Assembly (NCBI GenBank): GCA_965198065.1 | Contig: CBDAON010000004.1 | Coordinates: 640,001 to 704,000 of the forward strand | DNA: 64,000 nt | Source of the DNA: Longimicrobiales bacterium | GTDB lineage: Bacteria > Gemmatimonadota > Gemmatimonadetes > Longimicrobiales > Gaopeijiaceae | Reading direction: 5' to 3' | Shown: in pieces, positions 9,878 through 20,002 of the stretch | Numbering within the stretch: position 1 is the stretch's first letter | How the letters are laid out: each line of letters begins with the position of its first letter | The notes under the pieces: model-generated | Database searches by the model: none | Seen by the model: the letters and a program-made list of their open reading frames with translations, nothing else | Told to the model about the DNA's origin: nothing | Program-made: the position numbers and the translations under genes

Positions 9878-10599
9878 ATCCGTCCCTCCCTGGCGAGTGA
9901 GCCGATGAACTCGGACGAGAAGCCCTCGAGCTCGCCGGAAACCAGGTTCAGCTTCGCGACGAAGTAGTTGTAGGCGATGACGGCGGGGATCGCGACCGAG
10001 AGGCCCGCGACGGTGGTGACGAGGGCCTCGGCCACCCCGGGCGCCACGGCTCCGATGTTCGTCGAGCCCGATGCCACGATGCCGAGGAACGCGTTCATCA
10101 CCCCGATCACCGTGCCGAGAAGCCCGAGGAGAGGAGAGACGGAGCCGATCACGGCGAGCCAGGTGAGCCCCACGGCCAGCTCGTCCCGCTCCTCGGCCTC
10201 CTCCTTCTCCATCATCATGCGGAGCACCTCGAGCTGCCCGCGGGAGAGCCCTTCCCCCTTGGGGGCGCCCTCCTTGAGCCCCCCGGGGCGCAGCTCGCTG
10301 AAGAAGTTCACCCCCTGTCGGAAGACACGCCCGTACGGGGAGTCCGGCAGCGCGAGGATGGCCTTGTAGGCGTCCTCCATGCGCTGCGAGCGCTCCACGG
10401 CCTGAAGGAAGCGGTCCCCCTGACGGCGCACGGTGCGAAACTGGCGCCACTTCCAAAAGATGACGACCCACGAGGCCACGGAGAACACGGCGAGGACGAG
10501 GAGCACGACCTGGGTCGGCAGGGTCCCGCCCCATATGAGGTCCCACGCCGACTCCGGGATCTGCCGCCCCACCTGGAGGAGCAGGGCGCCCAGGATCAC
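9874..10599 (-). CDS. tolQ: TolQ/ExbB/MotA proton channel protein
   Basis: SPLLGLLGTVIGVM..F, VAPGVAEALVTT.AGL.VAIPA. GTGA overlap with the epimerase. Confidence 0.92.
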   Translation of the reverse strand: MILGALLLQVGRQIPESAWDLIWGGTLPTQVVLLVLAVFSVASWVVIFWKWRQFRTVRRQGDRFLQAVERSQRMEDAYKAILALPDSPYGRVFRQGVNFFSELRPGGLKEGAPKGEGLSRGQLEVLRMMMEKEEAEERDELAVGLTWLAVIGSVSPLLGLLGTVIGVMNAFLGIVASGSTNIGAVAPGVAEALVTTVAGLSVAIPAVIAYNYFVAKLNLVSGELEGFSSEFIGSLAREGRI

Positions 10600-11555
10600 G
10601 AGCGAACCCCCCGCGCCTCTCGCGCTGCGATCCACCGGAATGTCCGCTCGAGGCCGTCGTCGAGGGTCACGCTCGGGGACCACCCCAGTCCCCGGAGCTT
10701 TCCGGTGCCGAGGGTGCTGTGGCGCAACTCGCCGTCCCGTTGGGGCTTGAACGCCCGCCCGACACGGAGCCCGCAGGTGGCTTCGATCCGATCGGCAAGC
10801 CGGTTCACGCTCGTCCCCACCTCGGTTCCGACGTTGAACGCCAGTCGGTCCAGGCCGTCTCCGGGGGGAAGCGGCATGTCCGAAACGAGTAAATTCGCAC
10901 GAGTCACGTCGTCCACAAAGACGTAGTCCCTCGTCTGATCTCCGTCCCCGTAGACATCGAGCTCCTGGCCGGCCAGCAGCCGGATGGAGAAGATCGCGAC
11001 CACGCCGGCTTCGCCATGCGGGTCCTGTCGCGGTCCGAACACGTTCGAGTAACGGAGGGCCACATACTCGAGCCCGTGCACCCGGTGGTAATAGCTCAGG
11101 TAGTACTCCCCCGCGAGCTTCGACACCCCGTAGGGGGAGAGCGGGAGCTTGGGCGACGTCTCTGGCGTCGGGACCGCATCGGGCTCTCCGTACACGACAC
11201 CTCCCGACGACACGTACACGACGCGCCGTACCCCACACTTGAGCGAGGCCTCGAGCAGGTTCAAGAGGCCCGACACGTTCGTTCGGGCGTCCCCAAGGGG
11301 ATCCGCGACCGAGACCCGCACGTCGATCTGTGCGGCGTGGTGGTTCACCAGGTCGAAGCCCGCCTCCTGGAACAGGGATTCGACGTCGGGAGATTCGATC
11401 CCCATCTCGATTAGCGTCGCTCCCGCCGGGACGTTCTCCCGTCTCCCCGAGGAGAGGTCGTCCAGCACCCACACCCGGTCCCCGCGCGCGAGGTAGGCGT
11501 CCGCGACGTGACTTCCGATGAAGCCGGCCCCGCCGGTGACCAACACCTTCTTCAC
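10596..11555 (-). CDS. NAD-dependent epimerase/dehydratase (UDP-glucose 4-epimerase-like)
   Basis: VTGGAGFIGSH, YGVSK (YxxxK), NVFGPRQDPHGEAGVV and TRDYVFV motifs. Confidence 0.92.
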   Translation of the reverse strand: MKKVLVTGGAGFIGSHVADAYLARGDRVWVLDDLSSGRRENVPAGATLIEMGIESPDVESLFQEAGFDLVNHHAAQIDVRVSVADPLGDARTNVSGLLNLLEASLKCGVRRVVYVSSGGVVYGEPDAVPTPETSPKLPLSPYGVSKLAGEYYLSYYHRVHGLEYVALRYSNVFGPRQDPHGEAGVVAIFSIRLLAGQELDVYGDGDQTRDYVFVDDVTRANLLVSDMPLPPGDGLDRLAFNVGTEVGTSVNRLADRIEATCGLRVGRAFKPQRDGELRHSTLGTGKLRGLGWSPSVTLDDGLERTFRWIAAREARGVRS

Positions 11556-12913
11556 GATGCGTCCTGATCTGCGGGGTCCGGGTCGCCCGCGTCGTCCCGG
11601 TTCGACCGGGAGGCGGGGCCCGCGTCGGACGTCTCGCCGAGTCCGTAGAGGATACGGGCCGCATCCACGAGGCCTGCCCCGCCCCCCGCCGCCATCCCCT
11701 CACGGAGACGCACCACCGGGTCGTGGAGGAGCTTGTTCTGGAGCCGTCGAGCGAATTCCTCGATCCGCTCGCGGTCCTCCGGGCCGAGATCGGTGAGCCC
11801 CCGGAGGAGTCGCTCGAGCTCCGCGTCCCGAAAGGCGTCCGACTGCCTGCGTAGCGCCTGGATCACGGGCACAACCTCCAGCGAGGCGTACCACGCCCGG
11901 AACTCCTCCGAGTGGGCCGCGATGATCTCCTCGGCGGCAGGGAGAGCCCCCTCTCTCAGACGCACGTGATCGTCCGCGATCTTCCGGAGATCGTCGATGT
12001 TGTAGAGGAACACCTCCGCCTCGTCCCCGACGGCCGGTTCCACGTCTCTGGGAACCGCGATGTCGATGATGAGGAGCGGGTGCCGCCTCGCGTCCTGGAG
12101 GGAGTCCTCCACGAGGCTCCGTGTGAGGACCGGATGAGGGGCCGTCGTCGAGCTCAGAACGATGTCGGCCCCAGGAAGGGCCTCGGGGAGACTCTCGAAT
12201 GGGATGGCCTGGCCGCGGAGCCTCGAGGCCAGACTCTCCGCGCGCTCGTACGTGCGCGTGGCCACGACCGTCCCCTCCACTCCCTCGCGCCGGAGCGCGT
12301 CCGTGATGAGCTCGCCCATCATCCCCGCCCCGAGAACCAGGGCCCGCTTCCCCTTGAGGGAGCCGAAGATCTTCCGCGCCAGCTCCACGGCCACCGAAGC
12401 CACGGAAGCCGTGCCCTCGCCGATCGAGGTCTCCGAGCGGACCCGCCCCCCGACCGAGAGGGCCATCTGGAACAGGCGGTTCAGAACGGGACCGGCCAGG
12501 GGCGGCGTCACGGGGAGCGAGGACGCCCGCTGGTACGCCTCCTTCACCTGCCCCTGGATCTCGGCCTCGCCGGTGACCATGGAGTCCAGCCCCGCCGAGA
12601 CGTAAAAGAGGTGCCGGACCGCGCTCTCACCACGCTCCCTGAACACGTAGCGGTCCAGGGGCACCGACACGGGCCCAGCCTTCCCGGCCAGGAGCCGCGA
12701 GACCGCTCGGATCGGCCGGTCCTCCCGGACTGGGAAGAGGTAGACCTCCGTTCGGTTACAGGTAGAGAGAAGCACGGCCTCCTCCACCCCGGCCTCCTCC
12801 CGGAGAGAGAGCAGCGCCTCCCCCGCCTCCGCGGGACCAAAGACAACCCGCTCCCGAACCTCGACGGGGGCGGTCTCATGGCTCACGCCGACAACCGCGA
12901 GGGGCACCGTCAC
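11552..12913 (-). CDS. hemA: Glutamyl-tRNA reductase
   Basis: LSTCNRTE, GLDSMVTGEAEIQGQVK and DIAVPRD motifs. Confidence 0.97.
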   Translation of the reverse strand: MTVPLAVVGVSHETAPVEVRERVVFGPAEAGEALLSLREEAGVEEAVLLSTCNRTEVYLFPVREDRPIRAVSRLLAGKAGPVSVPLDRYVFRERGESAVRHLFYVSAGLDSMVTGEAEIQGQVKEAYQRASSLPVTPPLAGPVLNRLFQMALSVGGRVRSETSIGEGTASVASVAVELARKIFGSLKGKRALVLGAGMMGELITDALRREGVEGTVVATRTYERAESLASRLRGQAIPFESLPEALPGADIVLSSTTAPHPVLTRSLVEDSLQDARRHPLLIIDIAVPRDVEPAVGDEAEVFLYNIDDLRKIADDHVRLREGALPAAEEIIAAHSEEFRAWYASLEVVPVIQALRRQSDAFRDAELERLLRGLTDLGPEDRERIEEFARRLQNKLLHDPVVRLREGMAAGGGAGLVDAARILYGLGETSDAGPASRSNRDDAGDPDPADQDAS

Positions 12914-13719
12914 AGAAAGAGTCCGCTCCCGCCGGCCGTGACCCGGAGCGCCAGGTACATCCCGATGACCACAGCGAACCCGACCACGGCAGCGAGCGCG
13001 CTATGGTATTCGCTCCGACCTCTCCCCTGGCGCGCCACGAGGATCCCGAGAAAGACTAACCAACTCATCACGGCCCACAGGACCTTGGGGTCGCTCATCT
13101 CGAGGGATCCGCGGTTCTGGACAGTCCACGCCCACCCCACGCCAAGCGCGAGCGTGAGGCAGACGAATCCCACCCAGAGGCCGATCCGCCCCACCCGCTC
13201 GAGAGTCGCGAGGGGGGGGATGAACTTGAAGAAGCGGCCGAAGCGCTTCTCCTTTAGCTCGTGATGCTGGATCAGGTAGAGGACGCCCGCGGCAAAGGCG
13301 AGTGCGAGCCCCTGATACCCGAGGAAGGCGAAAGCCACATGGAGCACGAAGCCGGCGCCCTGGAAGTCGAGCGTGAACGGAGAAGGGCGGATCCCCAGCA
13401 CGAGGGCGACGGCCTCGAGTAGGATCACGAAGGGGAGGAGGGTGAGCGCCACGCGCCCCACCTCCCGCATGGGAAGCACGACCACCAGCGACGCCCCGCA
13501 GACGAACGCGAGCGAGGAAAGGGCGGCCCCGGGCCCGACGAGCGGTAGCTCCCCGTTCAGCCGCCAGAACTCGACGAGCGCGACACCGTGAAGCGCCGCG
13601 GCGAGGGCCGTCACGGCCGAAGGCACGGGCGCCCACCGCCCCCGGCTCCCCCGCACGAGCAGGAGGACCCAGAAGCCGAATGCGGCGATGTAGAGCAGAA
13701 ACGCGAAGAGGTGGATCAC
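12910..13719 (-). CDS. Cytochrome c assembly (CcsA/HemX-like) membrane protein
   Basis: Multiple TM helices, LHV..AFLGY, PPLATLE and DPKVLW motifs; coupled to hemA. Confidence 0.85.
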   Translation of the reverse strand: MIHLFAFLLYIAAFGFWVLLLVRGSRGRWAPVPSAVTALAAALHGVALVEFWRLNGELPLVGPGAALSSLAFVCGASLVVVLPMREVGRVALTLLPFVILLEAVALVLGIRPSPFTLDFQGAGFVLHVAFAFLGYQGLALAFAAGVLYLIQHHELKEKRFGRFFKFIPPLATLERVGRIGLWVGFVCLTLALGVGWAWTVQNRGSLEMSDPKVLWAVMSWLVFLGILVARQGRGRSEYHSALAAVVGFAVVIGMYLALRVTAGGSGLFL

Positions 13720-13738
13720 GCGGCCGACCGGACCGCCG

Positions 13739-14857
13739 TCACGGCATCATCCGGTCCAATACCAGCGAGAGGGCCGGACGAAGGCTCCCGGGGGCCCGGA
13801 CCGAGCGGAGCCTCACGGTGGACACCGTCTCACCTACGCTCACCACCTGGAAACGGGCAACCGGGAAACGCTCGCCGCCCATCACGTCCTCGCCGCGACC
13901 CACGAGCTCGTCTCCGATCCGGAGGCCGTTCGCGCTTCCCAGGTTGATGAACGCGAAATCGCCCGGCATGTAGAGCTCGCGCTGAGCCTGGAACGCGAGG
14001 ATCCTCGCCTCGGGGCCCGCAGCGACGGGCTCGGGATGGATCCCGGGGACGAGGGAGAACGACCGGACCCGAGTCACGAGGTCGCCAATCTGCATGCGAT
14101 CGTGCTCTCCGACCACCACGGCCACCACGCCGAGCTCGTCCACGTGGCTCACCTGGACTCGCCCAGTGGGCACTAGGACGTCGCCCACGCCCTCGATGCT
14201 CCGCGCTACGCGATAGGTCAGGAACTCGTCCCCCGCGAGGGGGGCCCCCGGCACGACGAAGCGCATCCGAATCTCGTCGTAGAGATGCACGGTCGTCCGA
14301 CCGAAGCGAACGACCTGCTCGCCCGCGAACCCTACGACCTCACCCAGGCGGTCGGCCTGGTTCCTCGTGGGGACCAGCCAGCTCGCGACCTGGACGACGC
14401 CCTCCGGAACGGCGGTAACCTGCTCCGGGGGCTGCAGGATCACCTGCGCCCCCCCTCCTTCGAGCAGCTGCGGGTCGTAGAACACCGTGCGTTCGGCGTC
14501 GGGCACGTTGACAATGCTCGTCGCCACGAACGGGCGGGACTCGAGGAGGAGCCTTCGGACTTCGTACGGGGCGAGCGCTTGCGGCTCCTGGGGGGAGACC
14601 TGAAGCTGGCTCGGCACGGCCCCCTGGGCCTCGCCCGTAAGCCGGGAAGCGAGCCCCTGACCGACGGCGACGCCCGGCGCGCCGGAAACGCCCAACCCCA
14701 GGATCGTCGCCGGCTCCGGAGCGGGGGCTCCCGCTCCGCCATCGGCGGGGGCGGCCTGAGCCAGGGCCGGCCGCGGCGCGAGGGTCACCCCGAGCGCGCA
14801 TACGGCCACAAGGACGGACGCCGAGCGTAGGAAGAAAGCCTCGGTCGGACGCAGCAT
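13739..14857 (-). CDS. Exported hypothetical protein (beta-rich C-terminal domains)
   Basis: AAGGAG before MLRPTE, signal peptide ending ALA-Q, C-terminal 'FINLGSANGLRIGDEL' segment. Confidence 0.6.
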   Translation of the reverse strand: MLRPTEAFFLRSASVLVAVCALGVTLAPRPALAQAAPADGGAGAPAPEPATILGLGVSGAPGVAVGQGLASRLTGEAQGAVPSQLQVSPQEPQALAPYEVRRLLLESRPFVATSIVNVPDAERTVFYDPQLLEGGGAQVILQPPEQVTAVPEGVVQVASWLVPTRNQADRLGEVVGFAGEQVVRFGRTTVHLYDEIRMRFVVPGAPLAGDEFLTYRVARSIEGVGDVLVPTGRVQVSHVDELGVVAVVVGEHDRMQIGDLVTRVRSFSLVPGIHPEPVAAGPEARILAFQAQRELYMPGDFAFINLGSANGLRIGDELVGRGEDVMGGERFPVARFQVVSVGETVSTVRLRSVRAPGSLRPALSLVLDRMMP

Positions 14858-14949
14858 TTCGGGGGCTCCTTCGGGCGGAGGCGACGGACCTTCGCGGAAG
14901 ATACCCGCGAGCAAAGGGAGGGTCAACGATCAAACTTCAGATGTTTCCC

Positions 14950-15918
14950 TCAACTTCGACGCGCAAGCTCACGGGCCCAGTAGGAGATGACCACGTCCGC
15001 GCCCGCCCGCCGAATCGAGACGAGGGCCTCCATCATCGCCTGCTCGTTCAACCAGCCCTTCTCGATGGCAGCCATGATGGCCGCGTACTCGCCCGAGACG
15101 TGATACGCCGCTACCGGGGCGCCTGTCTCGTCCTTGACCCGCCGGATGACGTCCAGGTACGCGAGCGCCGGCTTCACCATCACTATGTCGGCACCCTCCT
15201 CCAGATCGGCCCAAACCTCCCTTAGGGCCTCATCGGCGTTGGCGGGATCCATCTGATACGCTCGCCGGTCCCCGAACGTGGGCGCCGACTGGGCGGCATC
15301 GCGGAAGGGCCCGTAGAACGCCGAGGCGTACTTGGCCGCGTAGCTCATGATCGGGAGCTCCACGAATCCCCCCGCGTCCAGCGCGTCTCGGATGGCGCCG
15401 ACCCGCCCGTCCATCATGTCCGACGGGGCCACGATGTCGGCCCCGGCCTCGGCCTGGCTCACCGCCGCCCGAGCCAGGAGAGCCAACGTCGCATCGTTCA
15501 GGACCTCCTCCCCCTCGAGCACGCCGCAGTGCCCGTGGGACGTGTATTCGCATAGGCAGACGTCCGTCACCACCAGGAGCCCCGGGACCTCCGACTTGAT
15601 CGCGCGAACCGCCCGCTGGACCATCCCGTCCGACGCCCACGCTCCGCTCCCGACATCGTCCTTTTCTTCCGGTATTCCGAAGAGGAGAACGCCACCGAGA
15701 CCAAGCGCCTTCGCCTCCCGGGCATCGACGATAGCCTCGTCCACGGACGTGCGGTCCACGCCCGGCATCGATGGGACGGCCGTGCGACGCCCCTCCCCCG
15801 GTTCGACGAAGAGCGGGAGGAGGACGTGCGCCGGATCGATCCGCGTCTCCCGGACGAGGGCGCGGAGCGGCTCCCCTCTACGGAGACGCCGGCCCCGAAA
15901 GAGGGGATAGTCGCTCAT
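14950..15918 (-). CDS. hemB: Porphobilinogen synthase
   Basis: [34 protein letters not shown] and MVKPA motifs. Confidence 0.98.
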   Translation of the reverse strand: MSDYPLFRGRRLRRGEPLRALVRETRIDPAHVLLPLFVEPGEGRRTAVPSMPGVDRTSVDEAIVDAREAKALGLGGVLLFGIPEEKDDVGSGAWASDGMVQRAVRAIKSEVPGLLVVTDVCLCEYTSHGHCGVLEGEEVLNDATLALLARAAVSQAEAGADIVAPSDMMDGRVGAIRDALDAGGFVELPIMSYAAKYASAFYGPFRDAAQSAPTFGDRRAYQMDPANADEALREVWADLEEGADIVMVKPALAYLDVIRRVKDETGAPVAAYHVSGEYAAIMAAIEKGWLNEQAMMEALVSIRRAGADVVISYWARELARRS

Positions 15919-15986
15919 ATCGACATTCTCTCGGACCGGCGAGGCAAGGGCAAGCGCGGGCGAAGGGGTTTCGGGAAACCGTAGGG

Positions 15987-16496
15987 TCAGGTCGAGCGCA
16001 GGGGGAGCCCTCTGCCCGGAGTCGCGGTCAGGTCGAGCCGGAGGATGCGTGCGTCTTCACGGGGGCGCTCGTAGTACTCCCTCCGCACCCCCACCTGTCG
16101 AAAGCCCCTCGTCCGGTAAAGGTCGAGGGCCGGCTCATTCGTATCCCGGACCTCGAGAAAGACGGCCGTGACGCCCCCGCGCCGGGCCCGGCTCAGCAGG
16201 CGATCCAGCAGCGCGCCTCCGATCCCCCGTCCCCGCACCTCCGGGAGAACCGCGAGGTTCGCGAGCTCGGCTTCGTCGGCCACTCTCCAGAGCACGCCGT
16301 GCCCCATCACACGGGCGTCCCCGTCCTGCTCGAGCTCGGCCACCAGGACGAGCACCCCCCTGCGGGTGACGAGCGACCCGAAGGTCTCGAGGGTCCACGG
16401 GGTGGCGTAGCTGGCGGCCTCTACCTCGTAGATGCGGCGGACGTCGTCGGGGCAGGCTCGCCGGATCCGGACGCAGGCGCCCCGGGTCGTGCTCAT
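15987..16496 (-). CDS. rimI: Ribosomal protein S18 alanine N-acetyltransferase
   Basis: GNAT motifs NLAV.PE.RGRGIG, LEVR..N..A..LY...GF..VG.R.EYY; next to tsaB. Confidence 0.92.
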   Translation of the reverse strand: MSTTRGACVRIRRACPDDVRRIYEVEAASYATPWTLETFGSLVTRRGVLVLVAELEQDGDARVMGHGVLWRVADEAELANLAVLPEVRGRGIGGALLDRLLSRARRGGVTAVFLEVRDTNEPALDLYRTRGFRQVGVRREYYERPREDARILRLDLTATPGRGLPLRST

Positions 16497-17383
16497 CGGC
16501 TCCTCTCCCCGGATCCGAGGGGCGGGCGCGCCGAGGAGCCCCGGAGATACTCGGGCTGCCAGCGGACCTCCGGGTCCTCGTTCGGAAGGAGCGCGTGGAG
16601 TCTCAAGAGGGCGGCGGCCGTAGGGACGCCGGCCGGATACCCGAGAACGCGGAAGCCCGCCGCCTCGAGCGTTCGCGCGTGCCGGAGGGCTCCGTCTCCT
16701 GCGAAGAGCGCCATCCGCGGGGGGCCGAAGCGGAGGATCTCGCCCACTGTGGCCGCCCGGGGCTCGAGGACGGTCTCGACGGCTCCCTGGTCTCCCCTTC
16801 CATTGGCGCTCGCGACCGCGGCCGGTCGAAAGCGGTACGCCGCAGCATAGACTCGATCCCCGCCCGCGTTGAACAGCACGTGCCGGAGCCCCGGGTCCGT
16901 CCCGGCCGGAAGGAGAGCGGCGTCGATCCCGGAGCCGGGAGCGGGGTCGGCGGCCGGCGGAGGGGACGCGGGGGAGCCGTCACGAGCGCGCGGGACCGGT
17001 GCCCACGCAGAGACCGCGGCCGCGGCGAGGGACGACCGAGGCCAGACGGGCACCCGGAGCCCCACCCCAATCCCGCGCGCCGTGGCCGCCGCGATACGGA
17101 GCCCGGTGAACGAGCCCGGACCCTTCCCCACGACTACCCCGTCCAGATCGGCTGCGGCGACTCCGGCCTCCTCGAGCACGCCGGCGCAGGCGGGCACCAG
17201 TCGGGCCGCCTGCTCCCTCGAATCGAGCAGGTAGGCGTGGGCCAGGAGCTCCTGCCCACGTGCGACCCCCGCGGAACCGACAGAGGTCGAGACGTCGAAG
17301 GCGAGGAGGAGGGGCGGGTCGCCCGCGGCGCGGCGTCCGGTCGTCGCTCGAGGCCCACCGCGGGACGCCCCGTCCGCGCTCAC
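16493..17383 (-). CDS. tsaB: tRNA threonylcarbamoyladenosine biosynthesis protein TsaB
   Basis: LAFDVST, GKGPGSFTGLRI and C-terminal PEYLR. GTGA overlap with tsaE. Confidence 0.9.
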   Translation of the reverse strand: MSADGASRGGPRATTGRRAAGDPPLLLAFDVSTSVGSAGVARGQELLAHAYLLDSREQAARLVPACAGVLEEAGVAAADLDGVVVGKGPGSFTGLRIAAATARGIGVGLRVPVWPRSSLAAAAVSAWAPVPRARDGSPASPPPAADPAPGSGIDAALLPAGTDPGLRHVLFNAGGDRVYAAAYRFRPAAVASANGRGDQGAVETVLEPRAATVGEILRFGPPRMALFAGDGALRHARTLEAAGFRVLGYPAGVPTAAALLRLHALLPNEDPEVRWQPEYLRGSSARPPLGSGERSR

Positions 17384-17847
17384 AGCTCCCTCTCCAGCTT
17401 CACGGGAAAGCCGGGTAGCGCGGGAGGCGCGCCCGAGCGATGGATCTCCACGACCCGGAGGTGCGAGCCCGGCTCCGGCGGGAAGAGGTGAACGTCCCAG
17501 CGGTCCCGGGGGAGGTGGTCCCCCGCGCGCTCCGGCCACTCGACGAGGACGATCTCGGGCCTTGCGCCCAGCTCCTCCCAACTCAGTTCCCACAGCTCCT
17601 CGGAGTCCCGCAGCCGATAGAGGTCCATGTGGACGACCTCGGCCCCGTCCCGGGCGGGGTAGCGGAAGAGGAGATTGAAGGTGGGAGAGGGGATCGCGGC
17701 CTCCACCCCTGCCCCTCTAGCTATGGCGCGGGCCAGAACGGACTTCCCGGCCCCGAGCGATCCCCGAAGCCCGAGAAAGACGGGCATCGCCACCTCGGTC
17801 CCGATCCGGGCTCCCCACTGAACGAGCTCCCGCTCGGTCAGGATCAC
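17380..17847 (-). CDS. tsaE: tRNA threonylcarbamoyladenosine biosynthesis ATPase TsaE
   Basis: [19 protein letters not shown] and LVEWPE motifs. Confidence 0.96.
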   Translation of the reverse strand: MILTERELVQWGARIGTEVAMPVFLGLRGSLGAGKSVLARAIARGAGVEAAIPSPTFNLLFRYPARDGAEVVHMDLYRLRDSEELWELSWEELGARPEIVLVEWPERAGDHLPRDRWDVHLFPPEPGSHLRVVEIHRSGAPPALPGFPVKLEREL

Positions 17848-19988
17848 CGCCGCTCCCTCGACTGCGCGGTGTCTTCGGAGACCCGAGCGCTCTTCGCGTC
17901 AGCGTTCTCGGCCACCGACCGGGATGGGGCCGCGCCCCTCTCCCCCTGAGCCCCCAACTCGGAGGCTGCCGCTCGGAGGGACGTCGGCCCTTTCCGCTTC
18001 CCGGAAAGCCGATCGCGGAGCTCGAAGATCTCGTCCCTCAGGAGGGCCGCTCGCTCGAAGTCGAGCGCCTCGGCCGCCTCGCTCATTTCCCCCTCGAGCG
18101 CCTTCAAGAGCTCCTCCATGTTCGTCTCGTCCTGGTAGGACTGGAGCACCTCGGCCACCCGAGGCAGCGGAGCCGTTCTCGCATCTGCGACGCGGGTCGA
18201 GAACTCGATCTGCTCGACGCTCTTCACGATCGTCTCGGGGGTGATCCCGTGCTCCCGGTTGTACTCTGTCTGGAGGTCCCTCCGCCTCTGGGTCTCGTCT
18301 AGACAGCGCCGCATGGACTCGGTGATCCTGTCCGCGTACATGATCGCGCGTCCGTGAACGTTCCTCGCCGCCCGGCCGATCGTCTGGATGAGGGAGCGGG
18401 CATCCCTCAGGAAACCCTCCTTGTCCGCATCCAGGATCGCGACAAGCGAGACCTCGGGAAGGTCGAGTCCTTCACGCAGGAGGTTGATCCCCACGAGCAC
18501 GTCGAAGCGCCCGAGCCTCAGGCCCCGGAGGATCTCCATGCGTTCGATCGTGTCGATGTCCGAGTGCATGTATCGGACGCGGACACCCACGCCCTGGAGG
18601 TACTCCGACAGATCCTCGGCCATGCGCTTGGTGAGCGTCGTCACGAGAACCCGCTCGCCCCGCATCTCCCGCTCCCGGATCTCCGCGAGCAGGTCGTCCA
18701 CCTGTCCCTTCACAGGGCGCACGACGACCTCCGGATCCACGAGCCCCGTCGGCCGGATGATCTGTTCTACGATCACGCCACCGGACAGTTGGAGCTCTCG
18801 ATCGCCCGGAGTCGCCGACACGAAGACGGCCGCGGGGACCAGCTTCTCCCACTCCTCGTACGCGAGCGGCCGATTGTCGAGCGCGGAGGGAAGGCGGAAG
18901 CCGTGCTCGACCAGGGTCTCCTTCCGGGAACGGTCCCCGCGGCACATCCCCTGGAGCTGGGGAAGCGTCTGATGCGATTCGTCCACGATGACGAGGTAGT
19001 CGTCCGGGAAGTAGTCCAGGAGGCAGTACGGACGCTCTCCTGGCTCCCGCCCCGACGTGAACCGCGAGTAGTTCTCGATCCCGGGACAGGTTCCGACCTC
19101 GAGCATCATCTCGACGTCGAAGTTGGTCCGGGTCTCAAGCCGCTGCGCCTCGAGGAGCTTTCCCTCTCCCCGGAGGAAGGCCAGCCGCTCTTTCAGCTCC
19201 TCCCGAATGGGCGGGACGGCCTCCTCGATCGTACTTCGATGGGTCACGTAGTGGGAGGCCGGGTAGATCGCGGTCCGCTCGAGCGGAGTGACGAGATCAC
19301 CCGTGAGCGGGTCGAAGCGTCCGATGCGCTCGACCTCGTCGCCCCAGAACTCGATCCGGATCGCCTGCTCCTCGTAGGCGGGGAGGATCTCCACCGTGTC
19401 CCCCCGGACGCGGAACGTCCCCCGCTCCAGCACCAGGTCGTTCCGCCGGTACTGGACCTGGACGAGCCGGCGAAGGAGGGTGTTCCGCGCCATGGACTCA
19501 CCCACCCCCAGCTCGACCAGGAGGGAGCGGTACTCGATCGGGTTCCCGAGCCCGTAGATGCAGGAGACGGACGCGACGATCACCACGTCGTCCCGCTCGA
19601 AGAGGGAGGACGTGGCCCGGAGACGGAGCCGGTCGATGTCCTCGTTGATCGCCGAGTCCTTCTCGATGTACGTGTCGGTAGCCGGGACGTACGCTTCGGG
19701 CTGGTAGTAGTCGTAGTACGAGACGAAGTACTCGACGGCGTTCCTGGGAAGGAGCTGCTTGAGCTCGCCGTAGAGCTGGGCGGCGAGGGTCTTGTTGTGG
19801 GACATGACGAGGGCGGGCCGACCGTCGCTCTCGATGACGTGCGCCATCGTGAGCGTCTTCCCCGTCCCCGTGGCCCCAAGGAGGGTCTGGAACCGGTCGC
19901 CGCGGGCGAGCCCCTCCTCGAGCTCCCGGATCGCCTTCGGCTGGTCCCCCTTCGGCTCGAACGGAGACTCGATTCTAAACTCGGGCAT
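17844..19988 (-). CDS. uvrB: Excinuclease ABC subunit B
   Basis: [29 protein letters not shown] and C-terminal UVR domain. Start at MPEFRI. Confidence 0.98.
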   Translation of the reverse strand: MPEFRIESPFEPKGDQPKAIRELEEGLARGDRFQTLLGATGTGKTLTMAHVIESDGRPALVMSHNKTLAAQLYGELKQLLPRNAVEYFVSYYDYYQPEAYVPATDTYIEKDSAINEDIDRLRLRATSSLFERDDVVIVASVSCIYGLGNPIEYRSLLVELGVGESMARNTLLRRLVQVQYRRNDLVLERGTFRVRGDTVEILPAYEEQAIRIEFWGDEVERIGRFDPLTGDLVTPLERTAIYPASHYVTHRSTIEEAVPPIREELKERLAFLRGEGKLLEAQRLETRTNFDVEMMLEVGTCPGIENYSRFTSGREPGERPYCLLDYFPDDYLVIVDESHQTLPQLQGMCRGDRSRKETLVEHGFRLPSALDNRPLAYEEWEKLVPAAVFVSATPGDRELQLSGGVIVEQIIRPTGLVDPEVVVRPVKGQVDDLLAEIREREMRGERVLVTTLTKRMAEDLSEYLQGVGVRVRYMHSDIDTIERMEILRGLRLGRFDVLVGINLLREGLDLPEVSLVAILDADKEGFLRDARSLIQTIGRAARNVHGRAIMYADRITESMRRCLDETQRRRDLQTEYNREHGITPETIVKSVEQIEFSTRVADARTAPLPRVAEVLQSYQDETNMEELLKALEGEMSEAAEALDFERAALLRDEIFELRDRLSGKRKGPTSLRAAASELGAQGERGAAPSRSVAENADAKSARVSEDTAQSRERR

Positions 19989-20002
19989 TCGCTGCGACCT
20001 GC

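Noticed and set aside
16880..17000. Low-complexity insertion in TsaB
   Set aside because: An in-frame Pro/Ala-rich loop with no intein or domain signature, likely neutral expansion.
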